64,000 bases of DNA, from assembly GCF_054482595.1 (NCBI RefSeq), contig NZ_CM137008.1; one strand, 5' to 3'. Positions 10,725 to 20,958 of the stretch are shown piece after piece (the first letter of the stretch is position 1; every line of letters starts with the position of its first letter). The notes under the pieces are model-generated. The model saw only the letters and a list, made by a program, of their open reading frames with translations, was not told the DNA's origin and ran no database searches. The position numbers and the translations under genes are program-made.

Positions 10725-12206
10725 CTACGCTAATCCCAGGCGCTGAAACTGCTCTGGCGGCGCATCATTATCTTTCATCAACTGAATCAGCAACGCGATC
10801 ATCCGGGACTCGATCACATCATCATGAATCGGATGTAGCTGCTGCGGATCGTTTTGCAGATCAAACAGCAAATGACCAAACTGATTCAACCCCTTATATT
10901 TTTCCTGTGCCGGGATGCGTAATACCTGTAACCCTTTGGTAAAACGAAACGGTGGGGCCAGCGATAAAGCCCGCATCTCATCCACCGGATAGCGGCTGTT
11001 CATTTTGCAGGACATCAACGTGTAGTTGGCAATATCATCCTCACGCCCCGGCAGCGCTGCACGCATATAGACAAAACGCCCATCGGTTACGTTAACATGA
11101 CCACTGAAGACACCAAACATCGCCGAGCTGCGTACTGGTTCATCGTGACTGACCGTTTTCGCCAGCGGTTGCCCCTGCACATCGGGCGGCACTGGCTGTT
11201 GAAAAAAGTCATACAACGTTGGCGCCCAGTCGATCATTTGTACCAGTGCCTGTCGCCGCTCTCCTTTTACACCACTGCGCGGGTCCCAGATAAACAACGG
11301 ATTATTGGCAACTTCGTTGTAATAAGGCATCTGGTTTTTCGCCCACCAGCCATGCTCACCGAGTAAAAAGCCGTGGTCAGTGCCGACAATCAGCATGGTA
11401 TCTCGCCACAGATCGTGCTCATCCATCAGGTCGAGAATGCGCCCCAGGTTGCGATCGCACATCGACACCAACGAACGATACCGGCAACGGATGTGCTCCA
11501 CGGCCTCGTCGCTTTCCTGCACCCGGCCACGCGGCCAGTCATAATGCGGTCCATCCCAGTTATCTTCATACAAGGAAAGATACTCTTCCGTTGTGTGAAA
11601 CGGCTCGTGCGGATCAAACGTTTCGACCTGCAATAACCAGTTATCTTCCGCGTGATTTTTGTGGATAAAGGCACAGCCTGCATCAAACACTTTAGTTTGT
11701 GGAAAATCCGCTTCCTGCTGAATATATTCCCGGTTTGCCCAGTCATGGCGCCACAGACCAGAAACACCGCCACCGGTCTGCTTTTGCGGCACCCGTAGCA
11801 CCTCGGGAATAGGCGGTTGCGCAACGCTTGCATGCCAGTGATCGCCTTCCTGTCCGCGCACAATCTCCCACGAACTGTAGCGATTATGATAATTCCCGCC
11901 GCCATCTTCCCAGTAATGCAAATGATCGCTTATCAGGTGGGTATAGATCCCCGCCTTTTTAAGCAGCTCCGGCATGGAATCGTCAAACGGTTCTAACGGC
12001 CCCCACTCCCGATGCAGGAAGTTACATCGCCCGGTATGCAACTCCCGCCGGGCAGGCATACACGGCATACTGCCGACGTAACTGTTTTCAAAGGTGGCGG
12101 CATGAGCCGCCAGACGTTGGAAATTAGGCGCTTTGGTTAACGCATCGCCATAAGGTGGCAGATAACGTTTATTCAGACTATCGAACAGCAGAATAATCGC
12201 TCTCAT
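10725..12206 (-). CDS. Cys-type sulfatase (arylsulfatase family), predicted cytoplasmic
   Basis: 493-aa ORF; signature C-M-P-A-R-R-E-L-H-T-G-R near N-terminus; no signal peptide (starts MRAIILLFDSLNKRY); not present between artJ and rlmC in K-12. Confidence 0.85.
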   Translation of the reverse strand: MRAIILLFDSLNKRYLPPYGDALTKAPNFQRLAAHAATFENSYVGSMPCMPARRELHTGRCNFLHREWGPLEPFDDSMPELLKKAGIYTHLISDHLHYWEDGGGNYHNRYSSWEIVRGQEGDHWHASVAQPPIPEVLRVPQKQTGGGVSGLWRHDWANREYIQQEADFPQTKVFDAGCAFIHKNHAEDNWLLQVETFDPHEPFHTTEEYLSLYEDNWDGPHYDWPRGRVQESDEAVEHIRCRYRSLVSMCDRNLGRILDLMDEHDLWRDTMLIVGTDHGFLLGEHGWWAKNQMPYYNEVANNPLFIWDPRSGVKGERRQALVQMIDWAPTLYDFFQQPVPPDVQGQPLAKTVSHDEPVRSSAMFGVFSGHVNVTDGRFVYMRAALPGREDDIANYTLMSCKMNSRYPVDEMRALSLAPPFRFTKGLQVLRIPAQEKYKGLNQFGHLLFDLQNDPQQLHPIHDDVIESRMIALLIQLMKDNDAPPEQFQRLGLA

Positions 12207-12217
12207 TACGCCCTACC

Positions 12218-12538
12218 TTATTGATTAATTAAATGCGGATAATGTTGCTGAACCACTTCATAAATTTGCTGACCAATAGTTTCACCGTCCATAATATTCT
12301 CTATCGGGATCAGATATTGCCCTTGTTTCGGGTCAAGACTAACCACATCGAGTAATTTTTTGGAAATTGCAAAAATATCCGCCCAGTCGGTAAATCCTCC
12401 TACTTCACCTGCGGCGGTATGTTCCATTTCAACTTTGAAATCATATTTGGTCAGCGCTTTTTTAACGACCGTTTGTAACATAACGCTACTGCCTACACCG
12501 TAACCACAGACAAACAGAATATTAATTGTATCTTTCAT
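12218..12538 (-). CDS. PTS EIIB component, ascorbate-family (UlaB-like)
   Basis: 106 aa, N-terminal ILFVCGYGVGSS phospho-cysteine loop like UlaB/SgaB; sits between EIIC and sulfatase. Confidence 0.75.
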   Translation of the reverse strand: MKDTINILFVCGYGVGSSVMLQTVVKKALTKYDFKVEMEHTAAGEVGGFTDWADIFAISKKLLDVVSLDPKQGQYLIPIENIMDGETIGQQIYEVVQQHYPHLINQ

Positions 12539-12559
12539 TTTTAAACCCTTAATATTTAA

Positions 12560-13903
12560 TTAACCCGCGTAAGGACCAAGATGGAATGTTGCAGCGATAA
12601 ATTTCAGAACTTCACAAATAGCAGGCCATACGGTTGCCCAGTCAAATATTCCTGTCCAGCCGACGCCATTTTCAGCAAGCCCGGTTAACGGAATAGCCCA
12701 CACCGTACCGAAGGTCTGAATAATACCCAGCAAGAACGTACAGATAATTACGGAACGGTATCCGCCCATGCGGTTTGCTAATACGCCAATTGGACCGCCA
12801 GAGAAAAACAGAGGTACAAAGCCAGGCAATACCATAATTGGGCTGTGAACCAGTAATAAGATCCCCATCGAAAAAATGGTGCCAAAAGTACAGAAGACGA
12901 AGCCTAACGTTGCGGCATTGGGTGAAAAAGGCAACAGCGCGGCGACATCGACGGCGGGAATGGCATTAGGAATAAAGCGATCCTGCCAGCCTTTAAACGA
13001 ACCGTTAATTTCGCCCACCATCATGCGCACACCCTGCAGCAGAATGACCATATACATGGAGAACTGTAAGCCAAGGTTGATGATATAGATGTACCAGGGC
13101 TTGCCTTTCGCCATTAACTGGACATTATCGATACCCGTTGATAGCAAGAAACCACCGACAAACAGCGTCATCACAATGGCGATAGCCGTTACGTTATGGT
13201 TAAAAATCGCCAGCCACCCGGGGAGTTTCAGGTTTTCAGCATCGTGCTTTTCGGGGTCACCAAATTTATGGGCGAATTTGGAGAAAAACCACAATCCCAA
13301 CATCTGGTTATGAGCAATGGTAAAACCAGCATCTTTGGTAACTTTGGCAATGGGCTTAACAATGAGCGTGGTGGAGAACGCCCAGAATACACCCGTTAAT
13401 ATTCCGGCAATAATAATGGATGTAGTCCAGCTAAAACCCAGCCAAAAGACAATCAACCATAATACCGCCTGAGAATGTGAAACACCGGTATTCCCTGTCA
13501 AAAATATCCCTTTGGCACCAGTATACCGACCAAATAATACCAGCAGCAGGTTGGTAAAAAACGCCAGTACAAATACATACCCGACATAACCAAAATTATC
13601 CCCCAATGCAATTTGCGTTGCCGCTTTCATTGCGTAGGAATCCATTAAATATCCGTGAACACCATAGGCTTTACTTACGGCTTCTGCTACCGGTTTAAAT
13701 GTTGCGGAAAACTGGAAACCACCAAATAACACCATCATTAATCCCACCATGGCGCTGACCATGCCGGTAATAATTTTTATTGGCGATTTCTTATCAAGGG
13801 CATAACCAATACCCACCAGCAAACCAATTAAAATTGCCGGTTCAGTTAAAAACGTTTGAATAACATCTATGAATTTGGCAAACATCGTCGGAACGCCCTC
13901 CAT
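12560..13903 (-). CDS. PTS EIIC component, ascorbate-family (UlaA/SgaT-like)
   Basis: 447-aa polytopic ORF; shared UlaA blocks KLPGW, GVRM, PGF.P.FFS; alternative start at 13885 (MFAKF). Confidence 0.8.
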   Translation of the reverse strand: MEGVPTMFAKFIDVIQTFLTEPAILIGLLVGIGYALDKKSPIKIITGMVSAMVGLMMVLFGGFQFSATFKPVAEAVSKAYGVHGYLMDSYAMKAATQIALGDNFGYVGYVFVLAFFTNLLLVLFGRYTGAKGIFLTGNTGVSHSQAVLWLIVFWLGFSWTTSIIIAGILTGVFWAFSTTLIVKPIAKVTKDAGFTIAHNQMLGLWFFSKFAHKFGDPEKHDAENLKLPGWLAIFNHNVTAIAIVMTLFVGGFLLSTGIDNVQLMAKGKPWYIYIINLGLQFSMYMVILLQGVRMMVGEINGSFKGWQDRFIPNAIPAVDVAALLPFSPNAATLGFVFCTFGTIFSMGILLLVHSPIMVLPGFVPLFFSGGPIGVLANRMGGYRSVIICTFLLGIIQTFGTVWAIPLTGLAENGVGWTGIFDWATVWPAICEVLKFIAATFHLGPYAG

Positions 13904-14090
13904 AAGCGTACATTTCCGTTGTCAATGCATGAACCTTCTGCTGACGTTAATAATGTCTCAGGAAATTTTGTGTTTCGCTAAGCAATGCCTCTGTATGTAT
14001 TCGGTAAGTGCACTGTAGTAATCAAAACAGTTCAATTAAAGATCTTATTTGATTATTTGTGATTTGATTTGCAAAAATAGAGCAATATAT

Positions 14091-14132
14091 AACCGTGATC
14101 GATCGGTTATTATTAATCGATCGATCACGATT
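14091..14132. promoter_or_regulatory. GATC-dense inverted repeat upstream of PTS-sulfatase operon
   Basis: cgtgatcgatcg (14094..14105) and its reverse complement cgatcgatcacg (14118..14129) separated by 12 bp; four GATC sites. Confidence 0.5.
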
Positions 14133-14182
14133 ATTATTTTGAGTGAATAGTTGTTGCCGAAAAATTTACTGCCGTGATGTAT

Positions 14183-15310
14183 TTAAATTTTTACCAGCAG
14201 CGTCAACACTTCATAATGCGCGGTGTGAGGGAACATATCGAAAAGCTGCACCCGTTCAATGCGATAACCAGGCAGTTCTCGGATATCTTTCGCCATAGTT
14301 TGGGCGTTACAGCTGGAGTAGATAATAAAACGCGGTGCCATCGTTGAGAGATAATCACACAGCGGTTTACCAATGCCGCGGCGCGGCGGGTTAACCAGCA
14401 CCAGCTCCGGCACCTCCCCCTGAGCGGTGGCAAACTGAGTGGAGTCCAGCGCCTGAAATTGCAAACGCGTTAAGCCCAGTTCAGCGGCTGACTGCTTTGC
14501 ACAGGCAATGGCCTCTGGCGCAATTTCGATCCCGGTTAACTGCATGTCAGGCGTCGCGCAGTGTAAACCAAAGCCACCCACACCGCAGAACAGATCCCAC
14601 ATATGTGTAACCGGCAGTTGTCGTACCCAGTCGCGCGCGGTAGCGTACAGCTGGCTGGCGACCGCCGGATTAGTCTGGAAGAAACTTTGCGGACGGATCC
14701 ACAGCGGTACGTCATTAAAACGCTCTACCAGTGCCTGTTGTTCGGTCAGGTAGATCTCCGTCTCCCCTTCCATAATCGCCATATGTACCGGCTGAATATT
14801 GACGGTAATAACTTTCAGCTGCGGTAGTTGTTCGTGTAACCACGGCAACGCCTTACGCAGTTGCGCCAGCTTGGTATCAGAACGCAGTACAAAGCGCAGC
14901 ATCATGCCGCCATCACTCTGGCTTTCAGTCAGCAGAATGTATTTCAGTTCGCCACGCTTACGCGCCACGTTGTAGGGCGTTAACCCCGCTCGGGCGATAA
15001 ACGGTTTTAGCGCCGCAAAAACGGGCGCAAATGAGGCAGGATAAAGCGGGCAGTCACAAAGGTCTTCTGGTGTGCCGTCGCGATGCAGCATACCGAGCAG
15101 TGGTTTTTCAACGCTACCACTCACCACCATTTTGGCTTTATTACGAAACCCTTGTTCCGGGCCTGACACTGGCGCGCACCATTCCTCAACCGGAAAGTCG
15201 GCGAGCAGATTTTTAAGATCGGCGGTTTTAGCGGAGAGTTGCTCTGGAATCGGCTGCGTTATCCACTGACAGGAACGACAGCGACCCGCGTCGTAAAGTG
15301 CGCACTGCAT
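14183..15310 (-). CDS. rlmC: 23S rRNA (uracil747-C5)-methyltransferase
   Basis: 375-aa ORF starting [16 protein letters not shown] (Fe-S cysteines); synteny with ybjO/potI. Confidence 0.9.
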   Translation of the reverse strand: MQCALYDAGRCRSCQWITQPIPEQLSAKTADLKNLLADFPVEEWCAPVSGPEQGFRNKAKMVVSGSVEKPLLGMLHRDGTPEDLCDCPLYPASFAPVFAALKPFIARAGLTPYNVARKRGELKYILLTESQSDGGMMLRFVLRSDTKLAQLRKALPWLHEQLPQLKVITVNIQPVHMAIMEGETEIYLTEQQALVERFNDVPLWIRPQSFFQTNPAVASQLYATARDWVRQLPVTHMWDLFCGVGGFGLHCATPDMQLTGIEIAPEAIACAKQSAAELGLTRLQFQALDSTQFATAQGEVPELVLVNPPRRGIGKPLCDYLSTMAPRFIIYSSCNAQTMAKDIRELPGYRIERVQLFDMFPHTAHYEVLTLLVKI

Positions 15311-15350
15311 ACATTGACCTTCACATCATCAAGGGCGACGATTATACACA

Positions 15351-15839
15351 TTATTGCAACTGGAAGAACCGCCGACTGGTCGAGGGAACGAACAGCAGCA
15401 TCAGGATGAGCATATCCGGCAGCTTCTGCAGCATCAGGCTATGGAAGATTTCACGTTTTGATTCACCGGGAATGCTGAACAGCTCCGGATAACCATACCC
15501 CAGCGAAGCTGCCCACAAGTAACTTGCGGCGGTGATTTGTGTCAGCAGATATAGCCATCGAGCCCAGCGACGCCCTTTCACCAGTGAAAACGCACACCAG
15601 ATCTCAATGAAAACCAGCACCAGACTGCTTAAAAAGACCAGCGTTAAACTCCAGGTTTGTACGCTGCGATGAATGAACTCGCCAATACCGCGCACGCCCA
15701 GCGTATTGAAAATCATCAGCACGTCGAGGCCACGGATCATAATAATGGCGAGCGCCGCCACCTGCACCAGTGCAGGCACATTCAGGCGAGCATGAGATGA
15801 AGATGTTTTCTTAAAAAATCCCAACGTTTCGTCTTCCAT
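15351..15839 (-). CDS. ybjO: Inner membrane protein YbjO
   Basis: 162-aa hydrophobic ORF; synteny. Confidence 0.8.
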   Translation of the reverse strand: MEDETLGFFKKTSSSHARLNVPALVQVAALAIIMIRGLDVLMIFNTLGVRGIGEFIHRSVQTWSLTLVFLSSLVLVFIEIWCAFSLVKGRRWARWLYLLTQITAASYLWAASLGYGYPELFSIPGESKREIFHSLMLQKLPDMLILMLLFVPSTSRRFFQLQ

Positions 15840-15898
15840 GAAAACAATGCCGCGACATGCGCGGCATTATGTAGCCAGGTTGGCAAATTTTAGTGTCT

Positions 15899-16744
15899 TC
15901 AGCCACGTCTTGCACGCTGGATGTCGCGTATCCGCTGTTTTTCTGCGCGAGCCATCAGATACCAGGCGATAAATCCGACAATTCCGACCGCACCAAGGAT
16001 CAATGTTGCCAGGGCGTTGATTTCCGGATTCACCCCCATCCGCACGCTGGAAAAGACCAGCATCGGTAACGTGGTGGCTCCCGGCCCGGATACAAAGCTG
16101 GCGATCACCAGATCATCAAGCGACAAAGTAAAAGCCAGTAACCAGCCAGAAATGATCGCGGGCATGATCATCGGTAGCGTAATGACGAAAAACACTTTCA
16201 GCGGCGTCGCACCGAGATCCATCGCTGCTTCTTCTATCGAGCGATCCAGTTCCCGCAATCTTGAAGAAATAACGACCGCCACATAAGCCGTACAAAAAGT
16301 GACATGCGCCAGCCAGATGGTGAGCATACCGCGGTCCGCAGGCCAGCCAATGGCATGAGCAAGCGCGACGAATAATAACAACAGCGACAAGCCCGTGATG
16401 ACATCTGGCATTACCAGCGGCGCGGTGATCATAAAGGCAAAGCCATTTGATCCGCGAAACCTGCCAAAGCGCACCAGCACCACCGCCGCAATAGTCCCGA
16501 GGATCGCCGCCGCCGTTGCCGCACAGGCAGCAATTGTCAGGCTTAAACCAACCGCACTCATCATCGCGTCATCGCGCAATAACTCACCATACCAGCGCGT
16601 TGACCAGCCGGCCCACACCGTCACCAGCTTCGAGCTGTTAAACGAATAGATAACCAGCATCAGCATTGGCGCGTAGAGAAAGGTAAAGCCCAGCAGCAAA
16701 ATCACAATCCGCCAGGGCGAACGAACTACCGGTAAATTATTCAT
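15899..16744 (-). CDS. potI: Putrescine ABC transporter permease
   Basis: ORF 15899..16786; start at MNNLPVV gives 281 aa and 4-nt overlap with potH stop. Confidence 0.9.
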   Translation of the reverse strand: MNNLPVVRSPWRIVILLLGFTFLYAPMLMLVIYSFNSSKLVTVWAGWSTRWYGELLRDDAMMSAVGLSLTIAACAATAAAILGTIAAVVLVRFGRFRGSNGFAFMITAPLVMPDVITGLSLLLLFVALAHAIGWPADRGMLTIWLAHVTFCTAYVAVVISSRLRELDRSIEEAAMDLGATPLKVFFVITLPMIMPAIISGWLLAFTLSLDDLVIASFVSGPGATTLPMLVFSSVRMGVNPEINALATLILGAVGIVGFIAWYLMARAEKQRIRDIQRARRG

Positions 16745-17694
16745 CCGTGTTCTCCCACGCTTTTTTGCTGGTGTTTGTGGAACCACATTATCGGCACAAT
16801 TAGCAGCAGCAACATGATGATCGCTACCGCCGAGGCCACCGGCCAGTCGCGGTTGTTAAAGAACTCCTGCCACAGCACGCGCCCGATCATGATGCTGTCC
16901 GGGCCACCGAGCAGTTCCGGGATCACAAACTCGCCCACAGCCGGGATAAACACCAGCATCGATCCGGCAATAATCCCACCTTTAGTCAGCGGCACGATCA
17001 CAGTAAAGAACGTTTTCAGCGGTCGTGCACCGAGATCCAGCGCTGCTTCCACCAGCGAATAATCAATACGAATCAACGCAGTATAAATCGGCAGTACCAT
17101 AAACGGCACGTAAGCGTAAACAATGCCAATATAAACTGCCAGATTGGTATGAAGAATGGTCAGCGGTTGATCGATAACCCCCAGCCACAGCAGAAAATTA
17201 TTCAGCACACCGTTGTTTTTTAATATTCCCATCCAGGCGTAGACACGAATCAGAAACGAGGTCCACGACGGCAGGATCACCAGTAGTAATAAGATATTAC
17301 GGGTCGAAGGCTTACTGTGCGCCACCGCCCACGCCAGCGGATAGCCGATCAGTAAACAGCAAATAGTCGAAATCGCCGCCACCTGTAACGACTGGAGATA
17401 AGCATCAAAATAGAGCGGATCGTCGGTCAGTTGCAGAAAATTACCGAGATTAAGAGTGATGGAAAGTTGCCCCTCAGCCCACTCCATCAGTTCGGTATAA
17501 GGTGGAATAGCGCGCGCCATCTCTGCCAGGCTTATTTTAAAGACAATCAGAAATGGCAGCAGAAACAGCAAGATCAACCAGATATACGGCAACGCAATGA
17601 CCAGTTTGCGCCCATGCTTCATTTGCAACTGCGACAACCACAGCTTAAATCCGCCCGGCGGTTTCGACTGGGCAGCAGGTTCAAGTGTACTCAT
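16741..17694 (-). CDS. potH: Putrescine ABC transporter permease
   Basis: 317-aa ORF; synteny. Confidence 0.9.
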   Translation of the reverse strand: MSTLEPAAQSKPPGGFKLWLSQLQMKHGRKLVIALPYIWLILLFLLPFLIVFKISLAEMARAIPPYTELMEWAEGQLSITLNLGNFLQLTDDPLYFDAYLQSLQVAAISTICCLLIGYPLAWAVAHSKPSTRNILLLLVILPSWTSFLIRVYAWMGILKNNGVLNNFLLWLGVIDQPLTILHTNLAVYIGIVYAYVPFMVLPIYTALIRIDYSLVEAALDLGARPLKTFFTVIVPLTKGGIIAGSMLVFIPAVGEFVIPELLGGPDSIMIGRVLWQEFFNNRDWPVASAVAIIMLLLLIVPIMWFHKHQQKSVGEHG

Positions 17695-17703
17695 CTTTGC
17701 TCC

Positions 17704-18837
17704 TTAAACCGTAAGCACCACACAGCTGTCCACTTCCCAGCACAAGCGCACTTCGTCGCCCCAGGTCGGTAACCCTTTACGATGACGATGGGCGTTTTGT
17801 AGCTGGGCGCTGATCATCTGCCCACTTTTCAGACGAACGTGATACACCGAAAGATCGCCGAGATAGGCAATGTGTATCACCTCCCCCACCGCGAAGTTAC
17901 AACCATTGGCGGGCGGCTCTTCGCAAAGCATGATTTTTTCCGGACGCAGCGCTACGTGTACCGGCACGTTATCGACTACTGAAGCATCCGCATCGACTTT
18001 CAGTGGATGCACCAGCCCCGGCGAATAAAGCACCAGACCATCTTCCTGACGCTCTTTGAGTACACCTTCAAAGACATTAACCGAACCGATAAATTCAGCG
18101 CTATAGCGGGTGGTCGGATGCTCGTAGATCTCTTCTGGTTCGCCAATCTGGACAAATTTCCCACGATTCATAATGGCGATGCGCCCCGCCATGGTCATCG
18201 CCTCTTCCTGATCGTGGGTGACCATCACACAAGTCACACCGACGCGCTCCAGAATATCCACCACTTCAAGCTGCATCCGGTCACGCAGCTTTTTATCCAG
18301 CGCGCCCATCGGCTCGTCGAGCAGTAATAGTTTCGGGCGCTTGGCAAGGCTTCGGGCCAGTGCCACACGCTGTCGCTGACCACCGGAAAGCTGATGCGGT
18401 TTGCGTTTGGCGAACTCCTGCATATGCACCAGGCCGAGCATCTCATTGACCCGACTGGCAATTTCCGCTTTCGGTAGTTTGTCCTGTTTCAGGCCAAAAG
18501 CGATGTTCTGTTCCACGGTCATATGCGGAAACAGCGCGTAAGACTGAAACATCATATTGATGGGGCGCAGGTAAGGCGGAACCTGTGACAAATCGACGCC
18601 ATCAAGCATTATCTGTCCGGCAGAAGGTTGTTCGAAACCTGCCAGCATACGCAGCAGCGTGGACTTGCCACAGCCGGATGCGCCCAGCAGCGCGAAGATT
18701 TCACCTTTGTAGATGGTCAGGCTGACATCATCCACCGCATGTTGACCATCGTAGGATTTGGTCAGGTTGCGGATTTCTAATAGCGGCGTCAGCGCCTTAC
18801 GGGTTTTCGCCTGCGGGCGAGGGATAGCGTCATTCAC
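17704..18837 (-). CDS. potG: Putrescine ABC transporter ATP-binding protein
   Basis: ORF 17704..18918; GTG start at 18837 gives 377 aa; Walker A GASGCGKST. Confidence 0.85.
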   Translation of the reverse strand: MNDAIPRPQAKTRKALTPLLEIRNLTKSYDGQHAVDDVSLTIYKGEIFALLGASGCGKSTLLRMLAGFEQPSAGQIMLDGVDLSQVPPYLRPINMMFQSYALFPHMTVEQNIAFGLKQDKLPKAEIASRVNEMLGLVHMQEFAKRKPHQLSGGQRQRVALARSLAKRPKLLLLDEPMGALDKKLRDRMQLEVVDILERVGVTCVMVTHDQEEAMTMAGRIAIMNRGKFVQIGEPEEIYEHPTTRYSAEFIGSVNVFEGVLKERQEDGLVLYSPGLVHPLKVDADASVVDNVPVHVALRPEKIMLCEEPPANGCNFAVGEVIHIAYLGDLSVYHVRLKSGQMISAQLQNAHRHRKGLPTWGDEVRLCWEVDSCVVLTV

Positions 18838-18931
18838 GGCTGCTCTCCGGCATTGAATGTGTGCAAGCGCACCATGATGGTGCGAATTGCCGGCGGGTGT
18901 GGTGCGCCCGTCCGGCATCTACGACTGCGGA

Positions 18932-20044
18932 TTATTTTCCGCTCTTCACTTTGGTCCACGCGCGGGTGCGCACACGGTCGATTTTCGGATCCTGTACTTT
19001 CAGAGTGAACAACTTCGCGCGGACATCCGCAGGCGGATAAATACCCGGGTTATCACGGACTTCCGCACTTACCAGCGGCGTGGCTGCTTTATTGGCGTTA
19101 GCATAGAACACATGGTCAGAGATATGTGCCACCACATCAGGACGCAGCAGGTAATTCAGGAACTGATAGGCTTCGTCTTTATTTTTGGCATCCGCAGGCA
19201 TGGCGAATACATCAAAGAACGCCATCGCCCCTTCTTTTGGAATCGAGAACGAGACATTCACGCCATTCTTCGCTTCCTTCGCGCGGTTTGACGCCTGCCA
19301 GACATCACCTGCCCAGCCGATAGCGACGCAAATATCGCCGTTTGCCAGGTCGTTAATGTATTGAGATGAATGGAAATAACGAATGTTCGGGCGCAGCTTT
19401 AACAGCAGATCGGTAGCCGGTCCGGTGTAATCATCCGCTTTAGTGCTGTTGGGATCTTTGCCGAGATAATTCAGCACGGTAGCAAAAACTTCTTCTGGCG
19501 CATCGAGGAAAGATACACCGCAGCTTTTCAGTTTTTCCAGATTTTCAGGCTTGAGGATCAAGTCCCAGCTATCGACGGGCGCGTTTTCGCCCAGCACCGC
19601 TTTGACTTTATCGACGTTATAGCCAATCCCGGTCGTCGCCCACATATAGGGCATAGCAAATTTATTGTCGGGATCGTGTTTGGCGACCAACTTCAGCAGT
19701 TCCGGGTCGAGATTCTTCCACTCCGGCAATTTGCTTTTATCCAGCGGCTGGAAAACTCCCGCTGTCAGCTGGCGTTCAAGAAAGCTTGCTGACGGCACCA
19801 CCAGGTCAAAGCCGGTGCTCCCGGCCATTAATTTGCCTTCCAGTACTTCGTTAGAGTCGAAAACATCGTAGACGACTTTAATACCGGTTTCTTTTTCAAA
19901 GTTAGCCACCGTGTCGGGGGCGATATAATCAGACCAGTTATAAATGTGGAGTGTTTTTTGTTCAGCCGCGAGCGTGCCGACAGAGACGGCCATCAGAGCA
20001 CCCGCAACCAGACCCGAAAGCCATTTTTTATTTAAGGCGGTCAT
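18932..20044 (-). CDS. potF: Putrescine-binding periplasmic protein
   Basis: ORF 18932..20194; start at MTALNKKWLSGLVAGALMAVS signal peptide gives 370 aa. Confidence 0.9.
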   Translation of the reverse strand: MTALNKKWLSGLVAGALMAVSVGTLAAEQKTLHIYNWSDYIAPDTVANFEKETGIKVVYDVFDSNEVLEGKLMAGSTGFDLVVPSASFLERQLTAGVFQPLDKSKLPEWKNLDPELLKLVAKHDPDNKFAMPYMWATTGIGYNVDKVKAVLGENAPVDSWDLILKPENLEKLKSCGVSFLDAPEEVFATVLNYLGKDPNSTKADDYTGPATDLLLKLRPNIRYFHSSQYINDLANGDICVAIGWAGDVWQASNRAKEAKNGVNVSFSIPKEGAMAFFDVFAMPADAKNKDEAYQFLNYLLRPDVVAHISDHVFYANANKAATPLVSAEVRDNPGIYPPADVRAKLFTLKVQDPKIDRVRTRAWTKVKSGK

Positions 20045-20394
20045 ATCTCTTTCCTTCTGAAAGTTCGTTAACAAACGAACAAAAGTTGTCACACTGAAAG
20101 ATATGCAATAAACGTGCATATTTTTTATCGGCGCGGTGTAAGAAAAGAGAACTCTCTCCCGGCCAGCACTGCTCGCTATATAAAAGCATCGCAAGAATAA
20201 CTTTAGCCAGGGTTTGAGACTATAGCTCGGATTAAAAAACGGTATTTAACAAATTTTTATGCGTATTTGCTCTATGTGATAAAGCCAAATCGACACAAGA
20301 TAAGTGAAATAATCTTTAAGAAAAGGTTAAAAACAGCAGATAATTTTGCAGCGCGCAGTCACTGCGGCAGCGACTGCGTGCTCGAAAGGAGTTA

Positions 20395-20871
20395 TCAGTG
20401 GAGGAAATAGTTTTCAGTAACGTTGTTTTGCCCTTCATCGTCAGTCGGTAACAGCAGTTGATGGGCATTAGCTTCAAGAATGACCATCGAAATCTGCTCT
20501 TCGCTCTGACGCACGAACCATGCAAACTGCTCATAGGTTACGCCCTGCATAACGGATAAAGACTGGCAAACCACCAGCTTTGGCAGATTATCATCCTGCA
20601 TATCAAGAAATGCCTTCACGGTCAGCGAACTGGCATTGATGGCAGATAAATCCGCCGCCAGCGGCAATACGGCTGAAGGTCGGACTTCCGCCATGGCAGA
20701 AAACAGGATCGTGTTATCGATCAGATCGATTTTGGCATCAAAGACACCGTCGAAATTCTGCATATGGGGCAGATGCAGAGCCTGACAGTTATCACATTCA
20801 AAAAAACTCATCCCCAGGTCATCGAGCCATTGACGCAGCGTATCCAGACCAGGAACGACCAGCGATGTCAT
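20395..20871 (-). CDS. ybjN: YbjN, putative sensory transduction regulator
   Basis: ORF 20395..20919; start at MTSLVVPGL gives 158 aa; synteny. Confidence 0.85.
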   Translation of the reverse strand: MTSLVVPGLDTLRQWLDDLGMSFFECDNCQALHLPHMQNFDGVFDAKIDLIDNTILFSAMAEVRPSAVLPLAADLSAINASSLTVKAFLDMQDDNLPKLVVCQSLSVMQGVTYEQFAWFVRQSEEQISMVILEANAHQLLLPTDDEGQNNVTENYFLH

Positions 20872-20958
20872 AATTTTGTACAACCTCTTTCGATAAAAAG
20901 ACCGACACAGCTTACGCAAAAAGCGCAGGCAAAACTATGATCAGTAATGTGATTGCGA

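Noticed and set aside
13904-14090. AT-rich direct repeats (gatttatttg-like) upstream of the PTS operon as a possible iteron or CRISPR-like array
   Set aside because: Repeats are short, imperfect and few; consistent with an ordinary AT-rich promoter or UP-element region.
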